Both the position numbers and the translations under genes were made by a program. The notes under the pieces were generated by a model. It saw only the letters and a list, made by a program, of their open reading frames with translations. It did not search any database and had not been told where the DNA came from. From the NCBI RefSeq assembly GCF_964194025.1, contig NC_134480.1:18352001-18416000 (forward strand): DNA of 64,000 bases. Direction: 5' to 3'. How positions within the stretch are numbered: position 1 is the stretch's first letter; the number at the start of each line of letters is the position of its first letter. This document shows, piece after piece, positions 25,713-35,976 of this stretch. This stretch comes from Convolutriloba macropyga. Its lineage: Eukaryota.

Positions 25713-26051
25713 GTACTGTCCTAATTGTTCAATTGGGTTGCTACTGAAATTAAGTCAGCATACGACTAAACCTTCACATGGTTAGTTTGTAAAAGCGGTT
25801 TTATATATCGGCTCAAAGATTCATTGGAACACGCTCTAGATAATTGTCTTTATGACAAGAGAAGTAGAATTTTTGGTCAATAAAGTAGCGAGAATGTTCT
25901 TGGAATCCTGAATAATTATCGCAGAAGCATTTCGAAATTAACTTTTTGAAGATGCTTGCTGGCTGAAAACCTGGGTGAGTTGATAATTCAGTGCTAGAGC
26001 TGATTCAGAACTATTTAGTTGTATAAATTAACAAAAAATCCAACATTTTAG

Positions 26052-26753
26052 GGACCTCCTGAGGACGGTTCAGACTTGACAGTAGACGTAAACTCTGAAT
26101 CACAGAGACTGCAACTTCTATCCCCGTTTGACAAATTCAGTCCCACATCCTACGAAGACATGACAGTCCTCATCAAAGTCAAGGGGAAATGCACAACTGA
26201 TCACATCAGTGCTGCTGGACCTTGGTTGAAGTACAGAGGACATCTGGACAATATCTCGAACAACTTCATGATTGGGGCTATCAACTCAGAGAACGAAGAG
26301 GCAAATAGTATCAAGAATCGACTGACAGGAGAATTCGGAGCCGTGCCAGATACTGCTCGAGATTACAAAGCCAAGGGGGTAAACTGGGTTGTCATAGGTG
26401 ACGAGAACTACGGCGAAGGTTCCAGTCGAGAACATGCTGCATTGGAACCACGACATCTCGGCGGTCGAGCTATCATCGTCAAGAGCTTTGCTAGAATTCA
26501 CGAGACCAACTTGAAGAAGCAAGGTCTTCTACCTCTCACATTTAACGATCCAGCTGATTATGACAAAGTCAAGCCCGATGACAAAGTTACGTTTTTGGGT
26601 GTTGAGAATTTAACCCCAGGGGAGCAAGTAGAAGCTGAACTTAAACACGCTGATGGAAGCAAAGACGTGATCAAATTGAACCATACTATGAATGCGACAC
26701 AAATTGAGTGGTTCAAAGCTGGTTCGGCGTTGAACAGGATGGCCATGAAATAA
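26052..26753 (+). CDS. ACO2: Mitochondrial aconitate hydratase, exon 4 (swivel domain, stop)
   Basis: Acceptor TTTTAG 26051; [67 protein letters not shown]. Confidence 0.96.
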   Translation, partial: GPPEDGSDLTVDVNSESQRLQLLSPFDKFSPTSYEDMTVLIKVKGKCTTDHISAAGPWLKYRGHLDNISNNFMIGAINSENEEANSIKNRLTGEFGAVPDTARDYKAKGVNWVVIGDENYGEGSSREHAALEPRHLGGRAIIVKSFARIHETNLKKQGLLPLTFNDPADYDKVKPDDKVTFLGVENLTPGEQVEAELKHADGSKDVIKLNHTMNATQIEWFKAGSALNRMAMK

Positions 26754-26985
26754 AAATCGGAGTTTTTTTTGTTTTGATACCCGGAATTCACATTCAAATT
26801 AATAATGTATATTGTAACTAATTACTAAGCTGCGTGAAGTGCATTAGTAACTGATGTATACTAACGAATGGTGACGCTCAGAAGGCTAATATTGGCCACG
26901 TAATACTTAGAACTGTACTATTAAAGAGTGAGCTAACATCGAGTACCCGTGTCACAAAGCTCACAGTCAACTAGTCGTTTTAATG

Positions 26986-26991
26986 AATAAA
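26986..26991 (+). promoter_or_regulatory. Candidate polyadenylation signal for ACO2
   Basis: AATAAA about 230 nt after the stop, followed by T-rich sequence; alternatives exist (26749, 27062). Confidence 0.4.
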
Positions 26992-27168
26992 CCATCACAA
27001 ATTGACTTTATATTTTTAGCTTTGAATTAAAGATTGTTTTCGCCAATCTTTTGCAATAGTGAATAAACGCACAGTTAAAAGCAGGGAAAGAAATTCTCTC
27101 ATCTTGTCTCATTTTTTCCTTCCGACTCGTGAATGACTATTCTCTGTGGTTACGAGGATATGTCTTGG

Positions 27169-28160
27169 TTATAGCAGCGACGCGACAACTGAGCAAAGCT
27201 CTGTTGCGGTTTTCTTGGCTTCTATTTCTCGAAGAGGAGAGAAGATATGGCACTAGCCAAAAGAAATTTTTTTTATCACGTGCGGCTTTTTGAAAGCGAT
27301 TTTTAAGTTTTGTTTAGTCGCCTGACGCTCTTTTTTTGTTTTATATTTGTTCTAGAACACTCTGTATTTCATTTCATTGTCTGTTTGACGCTTGATTTCT
27401 TGCTGTGTTGCGCTAGACTTCTTGTTTTTTGATTGCTCTTGAACGAAGTTCATAGCAATTATTATAAACGGGTGTGTCTTTTTAATGCAAAATTTTCGCT
27501 TGACAATTTTGACTTTTACGCCCTTGACTTTTTTTTGCGTTTCGAGTGATCTAAAATTCTCTCAATCACAATTTCAAGCAGCTGAACTCAATTGGCGGCA
27601 ATTTAATACTAAAAGTCAAATGAAATGTGCGCCGAAACTGGTGCCATTTTTTTCTTTAAATCTTAATAGTGGTATATGTTAACCTCTAATGTGGTTATTT
27701 GAAGCTCACTATTCAACTTCTTAGTCCCATTTAGGGTCCCCCTCGCTCCCTCCCCCATACCCCCTCCGACTGAAGCAAGCTGCAATTGATTAGAGCTCCC
27801 ACTAGTCGTTCGAGAGCAATTCTTCCGACGTTTAGTCAGTTATGTTTTTGTGAACTCAATTGCTCGCATTCAGAAAGTATGTGTTGCTAAAGCAAAATGA
27901 ATTCTTAGATAAACGGAGGAAAGGTGCAAATAGCCGAGTGGTTGATCCTTTTGATTCTTACTCTGGGGTCGAGTTCAATCCCATCCGTTGTCGGAACTTT
28001 TTGCGCCCAAAAATTTTCTCATTGATACGCCCACTTCAATTTAAAATTTTTAAGGGGGCCGCGTTAACTTTTTTCCAACTCATTTCTATATCTGTTTCTA
28101 TCTGCATTTTATGGCACGCAAGTTATTTCGCAGCTATTCGGGTAGTCTGCCGGCTATGTT
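27169..28160 (+). mobile_element. HINE-like element family 2, containing a nested family 1b copy
   Basis: 5' ATAGCAGCGA..CTGAGCAAAGCTCTGTTGCGG matches 40619; 3' TTCGCAGCTAT plus hairpin CGGGTAG-T-CTGCCGG and CTATGTTTT matches 42700-42735. Confidence 0.65.
27432..27846 (+). mobile_element. HINE-like element family 1b, intact ~415 bp
   Basis: 5' ATTGCTCTTGAACGAAGTTCATAGCAATT; 3' TCGTTCGAGAGCAATT..CCGACGTTTAGTCAG TTATGTTTT; colinear with 59930-61001. Confidence 0.8.
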
Positions 28161-31100
28161 TTTAAATCTTCGATTTTTTATGCATTTGGGGCCTTCTTTG
28201 GTTGAGCGGTTGAACTTAGTTTTTCTAAGTGTTTTGGTTATCTTTCGGTTTGATTGATATTGATTTAAGGCTGTGTTTGCTACAAAAAATGGAGTAATTT
28301 GGAACATATCTTGGCCCATTTTCGTCTGTTTTTTTAAAGAATTTTGCCTATTTATTCTTATTTTGAGTTCTTCGCTATTCTTGTTACTATTTACTTCAGA
28401 ACTATTCAATTGGTATTGTTACTAAGAGGTGACACTATAAGGTAATACAGGGCCTTCACTGAAATATATGGTACAAATTTGTAATTTTTCAAGATTTTTC
28501 ATTGTTTGCTTTTTAATATTTGGTTAGTGGATGTGACAGGCATTGGGATTAATTGTTTTTCAAAATAATTGTTCATAAGCACCGTTGGGCAATTTGCTGG
28601 GATTTGTTTTCAAAATAAATTTTGTTTCCTTTTTGTTTATTAATTTTGATTGTACCGTTTTTGTTTTGTTCTCAATTAGTAGTCGTTTCTCAAGTGCTCT
28701 CGAACCAAAGTTTTGCGTGACTGTTTTTTACAACATTCTTTCGATTTCATTTCTCGAGTGTTTTTTTTTCACGCTTGACTTCTAAATTGATTTTAAGTAG
28801 TCAGCGTTGAGCATGCATAGCCTTCTAGCGAAAAAATTAATTTCTTTCATCCGAGGGTGCGAACCCCTCCCTAGTCAAGATTTGCACCATAAAAGTTTCT
28901 CTGACCTATGTCCCCTTATAAAAATCGGTTTATTTTTTGAATGAGATTTTTTATCAGTTTTTGAAAGATTTGGCTTTTGTCATGATGTTATTTACTGTTT
29001 GAAAATGCTATTTATGATTGAGCAGAGGCGAATTTATATTAGAGAGTAGGGTGGTGAGGCCTTAGTGAGTATTTAATTTGAGTGGTTGCAGGAGTCTGGC
29101 GGCTTTACAATTCAAAGAATTTGAATTGTATTGGTGCGCTGTCTTTCATTTAAGATCTTTCCACTTTTCTTACTTTGTTGTCAATGAGAAGTCAAATTGG
29201 AGTAGCTATTTTAATCACATAGGAGTATGAACAGGAGTGAGAAGCGAGTAGTTTTAGGTCATGACATTTTTTCAAGCTACTTTCAAAGTTATGCCAGAAA
29301 ATGTTGTGTAAAGAAATTTCGGTTTCGATGAGCATTTTTCCATTTGCTGCGATTTGACTTGTTTCCGCTGGTTTTCTCATTCGTTTCAAAATTTTATTTC
29401 CGTGAAAGAATATCCCATTTAATAAACAAAATCTTTGTAAATCCAGTTGAATTTTAAAGCAAAGCTTTAATGAAATCCCCTATGCTCTTAGAATTGCAGT
29501 ACCAGATCAGCCTTTAAACTTCCGCACTCAAATGAGAAAAATTATTTCAAATTCGATTGTGACCTGAGTGTCGGAATAAATGATTAAAAAAATTTTAATG
29601 AACCTGTCAAACGGAAAATTTTTTTCTATACCTGATGTTGACTACATACTTTGGAAAAACCCTTATCTGTTTCAAAAATTTTCTTGTTACCTCGCTTCCA
29701 TCTTTGCCAATCGGTTTCAAAATTTACGTGCTGAACAAAAATTATCGAAAAGAAAGTTTAGAAGAATTTAGTTTTTTGAAACCTGATAATCATTACAAGT
29801 ATGATAGTGCGTTACCCTGTCATCATATGTTGACAGAGCAGAAATTTAGGTCCGCCCGCCTGTGAAAACTATGTGGGATGGGATATTTCATCACGGAATA
29901 TGTCTGTACTTATTAAATCGTCAAAATTTATTGTAATCTTGTCAATTTGTAGTCTTGTAGAAGTCTCCGACAGTATCGGAAATAAGCGTTTAATAGCTAC
30001 ACGGGTTCTTGCTGGTGTTTTGGGCAATTTTTCTTCAATGTCATTAGTTTGTTGCTTATATGCTTGCAAAAATTTGCTCATATTTAGTTGCGAAGAGATA
30101 TTAGAGAGCATACATTAACTCGAGAGCAAAATATAAACTTAATACGTCAAAAGCAATCAAAACGACAGCAACTTTGTTACGATTATGTACGCGTTTAACT
30201 AGATCAATTTTTAACGAGTGAAATGAAGACCATGAAGTTTGCATTGTAACATTTCTGGTGCTACGTGAATTATTTGTGACTTTTAAAGGTGCAAAATTTC
30301 ACGTTGGGTCATCGCCATCGGGTTTTGTTTTTGCCTAGTTTGAGAACCATACACAAAATAACATTTCAGAATGATAACACAGTTTCAAATGATTGCAAGA
30401 AAATTAGTTGAAAGCAATTGGTCTACTTGTCAGCAAAAAAAAAAACGATTCAACAAAACAAAAAGAAACATTTCAATAGAGCTGTTAATGTATTGTTTCC
30501 GATAAAGGAAGGATTTAAATGATCGCAAAGCTATTGGAGGAGGCCATTTTTGTTTGAATTGATTTTGACTGCAAACTGATGAAAAAAATTTAGCAAATTG
30601 ACTTCTCAATTTAATGTTCAACTTAAAAATTATTAAAGCAAATTATAAATGAAAATGTTTTAAATTTTAATTGTAATTAATCAAAAATTTATTGATCATG
30701 TACCTCAGACAAATTCTTTCGACCCTTGACGTCAATAGTTCGAAAGCTGGAGAGTTTTGTGAATTTCACCTATTATTTTTTTAAACAATTGAACCAAAAA
30801 ATTTGATCGAGTCAAATCAATTATTCATGCCTGCAACGTTGCATCTCTGAATAATTGGCCAGCACGTCATATGTATAAAGCTACAGATTTTCAACCAGAA
30901 TTTTTTTAGTCCTAAATTTGGTGCGCCTTGAAGTTTTGATGCCGTTGATATCTAACAAAATTGTTTGCTTAAAAATTTCGGATGTTTATGTTTCAAACTT
31001 CATATTCACCTCAGTGTGAACCAAATCACAATCACTGATAAGAAAATGGTTACAGTTAAAATGATAAAGCGGTTGGACAAATTGGAAAACCTTGATTGTA

Positions 31101-31250
31101 AAAGTTTCTTTGTTTTACAACACATGTACCGAATCTCCCTTTCATTATATTCATTTAGGTTTTATATAAAATTTAAATGAAATTAGACCCCCAATTTCAG
31201 TTTTGTGGTCTATGATTGCGAGCAATTTCTGATCAAAAAGATTTTCAGTT

Positions 31251-31976
31251 ATGAATTTGTTTTGGAGGACAAAATCGGATGCTGTCGAAAAACCGTCTCG
31301 ACAAAATGTTTCATCACAAACAACTGAAGAACAACAAAACTTAGAAAGAAAATTAGTCACTAATTTATCTGAAAAGAGACAGCCAACTACACAAAATAGC
31401 AGCAATGTTAATGGAAAACAAAATGAAAGTTTGAAGAGCGGAAACACATCTTGGTGGAAATTTTGGCAAAAATTGCCAAACAGTACCATCAGTAAAGACA
31501 CAAAAGAGCCTAGCGGATATACAGATTCAAAACTGGGAACATCTGAACCTGGGAAAACTATTTTAGACACGAAATCGGAAGAGTTAATGAAGGCTGAAAA
31601 GAAACGTTTAACACTTGAAGACGTTCCAGACGGTGAAATTGTAAATATGATATTAACCCATATTGGGGTTACTACTGCTGTTTTTGTACCCTTTTCTTAC
31701 ATCACTCAGAGATTTATCAAATACAAAGAAAGCAAAATGAAAACACCTTTCACACGCATGAACAAATTCTTGTTGTTATCTGTCAACTTATTACCTGTGT
31801 TGGGGTTTTCTGCAGTGTTATCGGGTGCTTACATTTTGTACAAGTATGAATTTGAAGAGAAAAGTACAAAAATTGGAGAGTATATGAGGCAGGAGAAATT
31901 GTATGATGATTACATGGGAACTTTGATCTGGCCCATTGAGATTCCGAAGAAACATCCGGTTAAAAAGGATAATTAA
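31251..31976 (+). CDS. Uncharacterised 241-aa protein: S/T/K/Q-rich N-terminus, two predicted transmembrane helices
   Basis: 726-nt ATG-initiated open frame in AT-rich DNA, TTTTCAG 2 nt upstream; hydrophobic segments IVNMILTHIGVTTAVFVPFSYIT and FLLLSVNLLPVLGFSAVLSGAYILY; no family recognised. Confidence 0.7.
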   Translation: MNLFWRTKSDAVEKPSRQNVSSQTTEEQQNLERKLVTNLSEKRQPTTQNSSNVNGKQNESLKSGNTSWWKFWQKLPNSTISKDTKEPSGYTDSKLGTSEPGKTILDTKSEELMKAEKKRLTLEDVPDGEIVNMILTHIGVTTAVFVPFSYITQRFIKYKESKMKTPFTRMNKFLLLSVNLLPVLGFSAVLSGAYILYKYEFEEKSTKIGEYMRQEKLYDDYMGTLIWPIEIPKKHPVKKDN

Positions 31977-32548
31977 ATTTTACCTCTCTCTGCTTGCAAT
32001 GTGATCCATTTTTACGAATTTAATTTTTCTATATCGAATCATTTGTGGCATAGAATGCTTCATCGAAAAAAAAACTGTTTCTTTTAATAGAAGAGCTTCT
32101 ATTGCTGAATCAGTATGTGAAAATGAAGTCTCATAACACAAGCTAAGGTTCGTCAAATAACTTCATTAAGAACTGATTATGAAGTACTGCATTGTCAAAT
32201 TTGGCCTGTCACAGCAGAAAAGAGATGTCTCATTTGCCCGCAATCAAATCATATACGCAATTTTGATTTTTTTTGTTGCAACATTCTTATGATCAATAAC
32301 AATGCACTTCATTGTTAAATGCTGTTAGATTTTATCTGTATAGGCAATGTCATGCGTATCTATGCAAACCAGCAAATATTTTATTTACGACGGAAAATAA
32401 AACATCCTAAAATACAACATTTATAATAGCTATCATAATGATATTTTTGTTGTGTTCTGTTAGCATTTCGCATTCTGTTATTGGCTGTGAGAAAAACTGA
32501 TTTTCTAACTTAACTTATTGTTTAAATTTCAGAGTATTTTGTTTATTG

Positions 32549-33118
32549 ATGTCTTCATCTGCAGCTTCGTTGTTAGTGCTAGAAGCATTCTACGGCGGAT
32601 CTCACAAACACCTTTTGAGTCTGGTTCTTAATCTATTTCCCGACAGTTACTACTGCCTGTTGACTCTGCCTGCTACTAAATGGCATTGGCGATCGCGTTG
32701 CAGTTCGCTTTACTTCGCTCAGAAAATCCCAACAGATCACAAATTTAAGAAAGTGTTCATTACATCATGCACAAATTTGGGCGAGTTAATTGGTCTGAGA
32801 CCCGATTTGTCCCAATGTGAAAAAGTTTTGTACTTTCATGAAAACCAACTCGTTTATCCGCGAAAGTCGGATGAGAAAGATCGTGATTACCAGCATTCGT
32901 ACAATGAAGTCGTATCAGCTTTGGCCGCTGATAAAGTTATCTTCAATACATCTTATAACATGAGGTCGTTTTTGGACAATTGTGACAGTTTGCTGAAGAA
33001 GGTCCCAGAAACAAGCTTTGAACCAATCAGAGCGCAGATTGAAAAGAAGTGTGATGTTCTACCAGTTCCAATTGACGTTAGGAGCCTTTGTGGACTGGTT
33101 GGAAGGAATTTAGAACAG
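32549..33118 (+). CDS. GTDC1: Glycosyltransferase-like domain-containing protein 1 / tRNA-queuosine alpha-mannosyltransferase homolog, exon 1
   Basis: LEAFYGGSHKHLL, TLPATKWHWRSR, NLGELIGLRPDL, LYFHENQLVYP, RDYQHSYN, ADKVIFNTSYNMRSFL (DUF3524 motifs); donor CAG|GTTGTT 33119. Confidence 0.93.
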
Positions 33119-33548
33119 GTTGTTCTGCGATAAATGTAAGATCTTTAGTTAGTGGTTCGAACATAGTGGCATTACTGAGATTAGAGATAACCATTTTAAA
33201 AAGCAAACTTTGCTGTGATTGCTTTTAGCAAAATTCCAGAAGATTGCTTTTTGGTAAATGATAGACTCTTCAAAGATTCGAACGTTTCTTATGCACTCTA
33301 TTTAGTATTTCACAATTGCTCATTTGAAAACATCTAATTTACATGTGATCTACTCGAACGGATTGGATTAAGAGGTACTGCTTTTTTGCTTAATAGTCTG
33401 CGTATAAAATGGTTCTTGTAATTGAGCTAATGTCAGATCGGCTAAATTTGTTCACTAGCAAGAATGTTATTTGAAAGTGAAATTTTGGCAGCTGTGTTTT
33501 CATTGTTTGTCTTATGTGCACAGCTGTATGAATCAGGTGACTGTTTAG

Positions 33549-34130
33549 GTTCAAGCCGATGAAGGAGTGGCGACAGAGTCCAGAGGATCTTCAAATGATG
33601 AGCCAATCAGAATTGTGTGGCCTCATCGTTGGGAGCATGACAAAAATCCAGACTTATTTCGAGACATCCTATTCGAACTTGAAAACAGAAATTGCGACTT
33701 CCAAGTTTCCATTTTGGGCGAGAAAACGACTTCGATACCGGAATCTATCAGTGAAATTAATTCGAAGTTGAAAAACAAAATCATTCATTTTGGGTTTCTG
33801 AGCTCGAAAGAGGAATACTATAAAGTTCTATCTAAAAGTGATATTGTCCTATCAACTGCGAATCACGAGTTCCAAGGCTTGGCAGTTATGGAAGCGGCCA
33901 TTTTAGGATGCTACCCGCTTTGCCCGAATCGATTGGCTTACCCCGAATATCTTCCTGAGAAATGTCTGTATAACACACCGTCACAAGCTGTTAAATTTTT
34001 GGCAAACGCGTGCAGAAATGCGACCGCTTTCAGGAAAAGAAGTCCAACTGTTGATCTTGAGCAGTTCACTTTCAATAGCTTGTCTGCTCGATATGAAAAA
34101 CTGCTTGGAAATGTAGATTTCAAGAGATGA
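33549..34130 (+). CDS. GTDC1: GTDC1/QTMAN homolog, exon 2 (GT-B C-terminal domain; spliced protein 383 aa)
   Basis: Acceptor TTTAG 33548; IVWPHRWEHDKNP, DIVLSTANHEFQGLAVMEA, GCYPLCPNRLAYPEYLP. Confidence 0.93.
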   Translation, partial: VQADEGVATESRGSSNDEPIRIVWPHRWEHDKNPDLFRDILFELENRNCDFQVSILGEKTTSIPESISEINSKLKNKIIHFGFLSSKEEYYKVLSKSDIVLSTANHEFQGLAVMEAAILGCYPLCPNRLAYPEYLPEKCLYNTPSQAVKFLANACRNATAFRKRSPTVDLEQFTFNSLSARYEKLLGNVDFKR

Positions 34131-35218
34131 TTTACTTTGAAGATAATTGTCTTTCAATGCTGTAATATGTCAAGCGAGAAAGCTTTTGACCTAATTTGGA
34201 CCTTCATGTTTGACTATATGACGTCTTCTTTGTTTTCTATCTAACCCACTGCCAACGTGATTCTTGAGGTAACATACAGGGTGTAGAGTCAACTTGAAGT
34301 TAATAGCATGAGTAGTGACATGTCTTTCCGTGAATACTACATGGGGACATAAGTGTATTTCAGTAAATATTACGGGGCAGGGTACTTTATATTTCTTTCC
34401 CTTATTTCCACTACCAAGCATGAAACTAATCTTGTGACACCATTTTATTATTTCTACCGCTTGCGCGACTGGGGTGTCACTTTTGCTTTTAAACGAATTT
34501 AACTTACTGCTTTTGCTTTGAAATTTAATCCGTCAAATGTCTGCATCAGGGTTCTTTAATTATGTTTTGGTATTTATTTCAACAATTCTTTCACTTAAAA
34601 ACAGAAACCACTCACTACAATCTCACAAATTCAAATGGCACCAAAACGAACATGTCCTTGACAGATTGCCTAGTTTGAAACTCCAAATTTTAAAATTTGG
34701 AATATCCTTTTATGAATTTTGAAGAAACAAACCACAGCCAGTTCAAATATCAGTGAAAAATGAAATTCTGGCGTTTAACTGATACAAGATATCACCGCTG
34801 TGCAAATTCAGATATTTTTGCGTCCCCTCGATTTTTCGTGTTATAAGGTGTAAAATTTGCATGTGAAAACAACAACATGGAATGACAAATCATGTAAAAA
34901 CTCAGTCGTAGTGGTATCCCAATAAAACGACGTTTCTTTTGTATAAGGAAGCTTCAATATAATGAAGTTTTAATTTTTACAGTGAGTTGAATTTATTTTA
35001 ATCTGAATAGTTCAAACATTTTATTCCTGCACTTAACTACATCTACACGAAGTTCAGTTTTCTTCGCTGCTTGAATTGTATATTACAAGACGTCTGCGTT
35101 TTGGCAGCGGTTGCATTTTAGGACTACTTCTTGAAGATAAAGCAGACATAACATTGCTGCCTGATTCAAATTCAATTGCTTGTAAATCTTGTCAAGCGCT
35201 GGTGGGGATATAGCGTAG

Positions 35219-35976
35219 AGAGGTACTGATTTTGGCAAAAATTGTTTTTGTATTAAAGTCTTAATGTGAGCTATCTGCTTGTATATGTGAGATCAACCGA
35301 AGACATTGTGCAGCATTGCAAGTAAAAAAAAATAAGCACCTGTTTGTTCTTATGCCTTATTTGAACGAGCTGTATGAATGAGTTATTCTAGAGTTATTAA
35401 ACTATTCAGGTTTTAAAATCCAGACCTACCGAGAGACATCTTATTCGAACTTGAAAACAGAAGTTGCGACTTTAAAATTTCATTCCGGGCGAGAAAGATT
35501 CCCGAAACAATTTTTGAGATCAATTTAAAGCTGAAAATTAAAATAGTTCACTTTGGGTTTCTGAGCTCTGACAAGAATACCAGATGCCACACGCTTTGGC
35601 GTACCTTGGATATCTTCCTGAAAAATGTCTGTATGACACACCATCGCAAGCTGTTTTTTGGCAAATGCGTGTAGAAATGCGCTTTCAGGGAAATAAGCAC
35701 AATAGTTGTTCTTGAGCAGTTCAGTTTCAATAAATACGAAGAACTGCTTAGATTATAGATTTCAAGAACTGATTATGATGTTGCTTTTGATTTCTATAAT
35801 GATTATCATTGAATATTGTTGTTATCAAGCTTGAAAGCGTTCGACTTAATTTGGAGATTTTTTTCTTTGGTGTCATTTTCGTGCGCTGATTCTAATCCAC
35901 TGCCCATTTTCGTGTGCTTTTTATAATCCACTGCCCTCGTGATTCTTGATGTAATCTCCAGGGTGTCGAATTAACA
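35219..35976 (+). pseudogene. Decayed DNA-level duplicate of the GTDC1 intron end, exon 2 and 3' flank
   Basis: AAAATCCAGAC..GAGACATCTTATTCGAACTTGAAAACAGAAGTTGCGAC, CACTTTGGGTTTCTGAGCTC, ATATCTTCCTGAAAAATGTCTGTATGACACACC, CTTGAGCAGTTCAGTTTCAATA match 33643-34130 with deletions and frameshifts; intronic and 3' UTR similarity flanks it. Confidence 0.88.
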
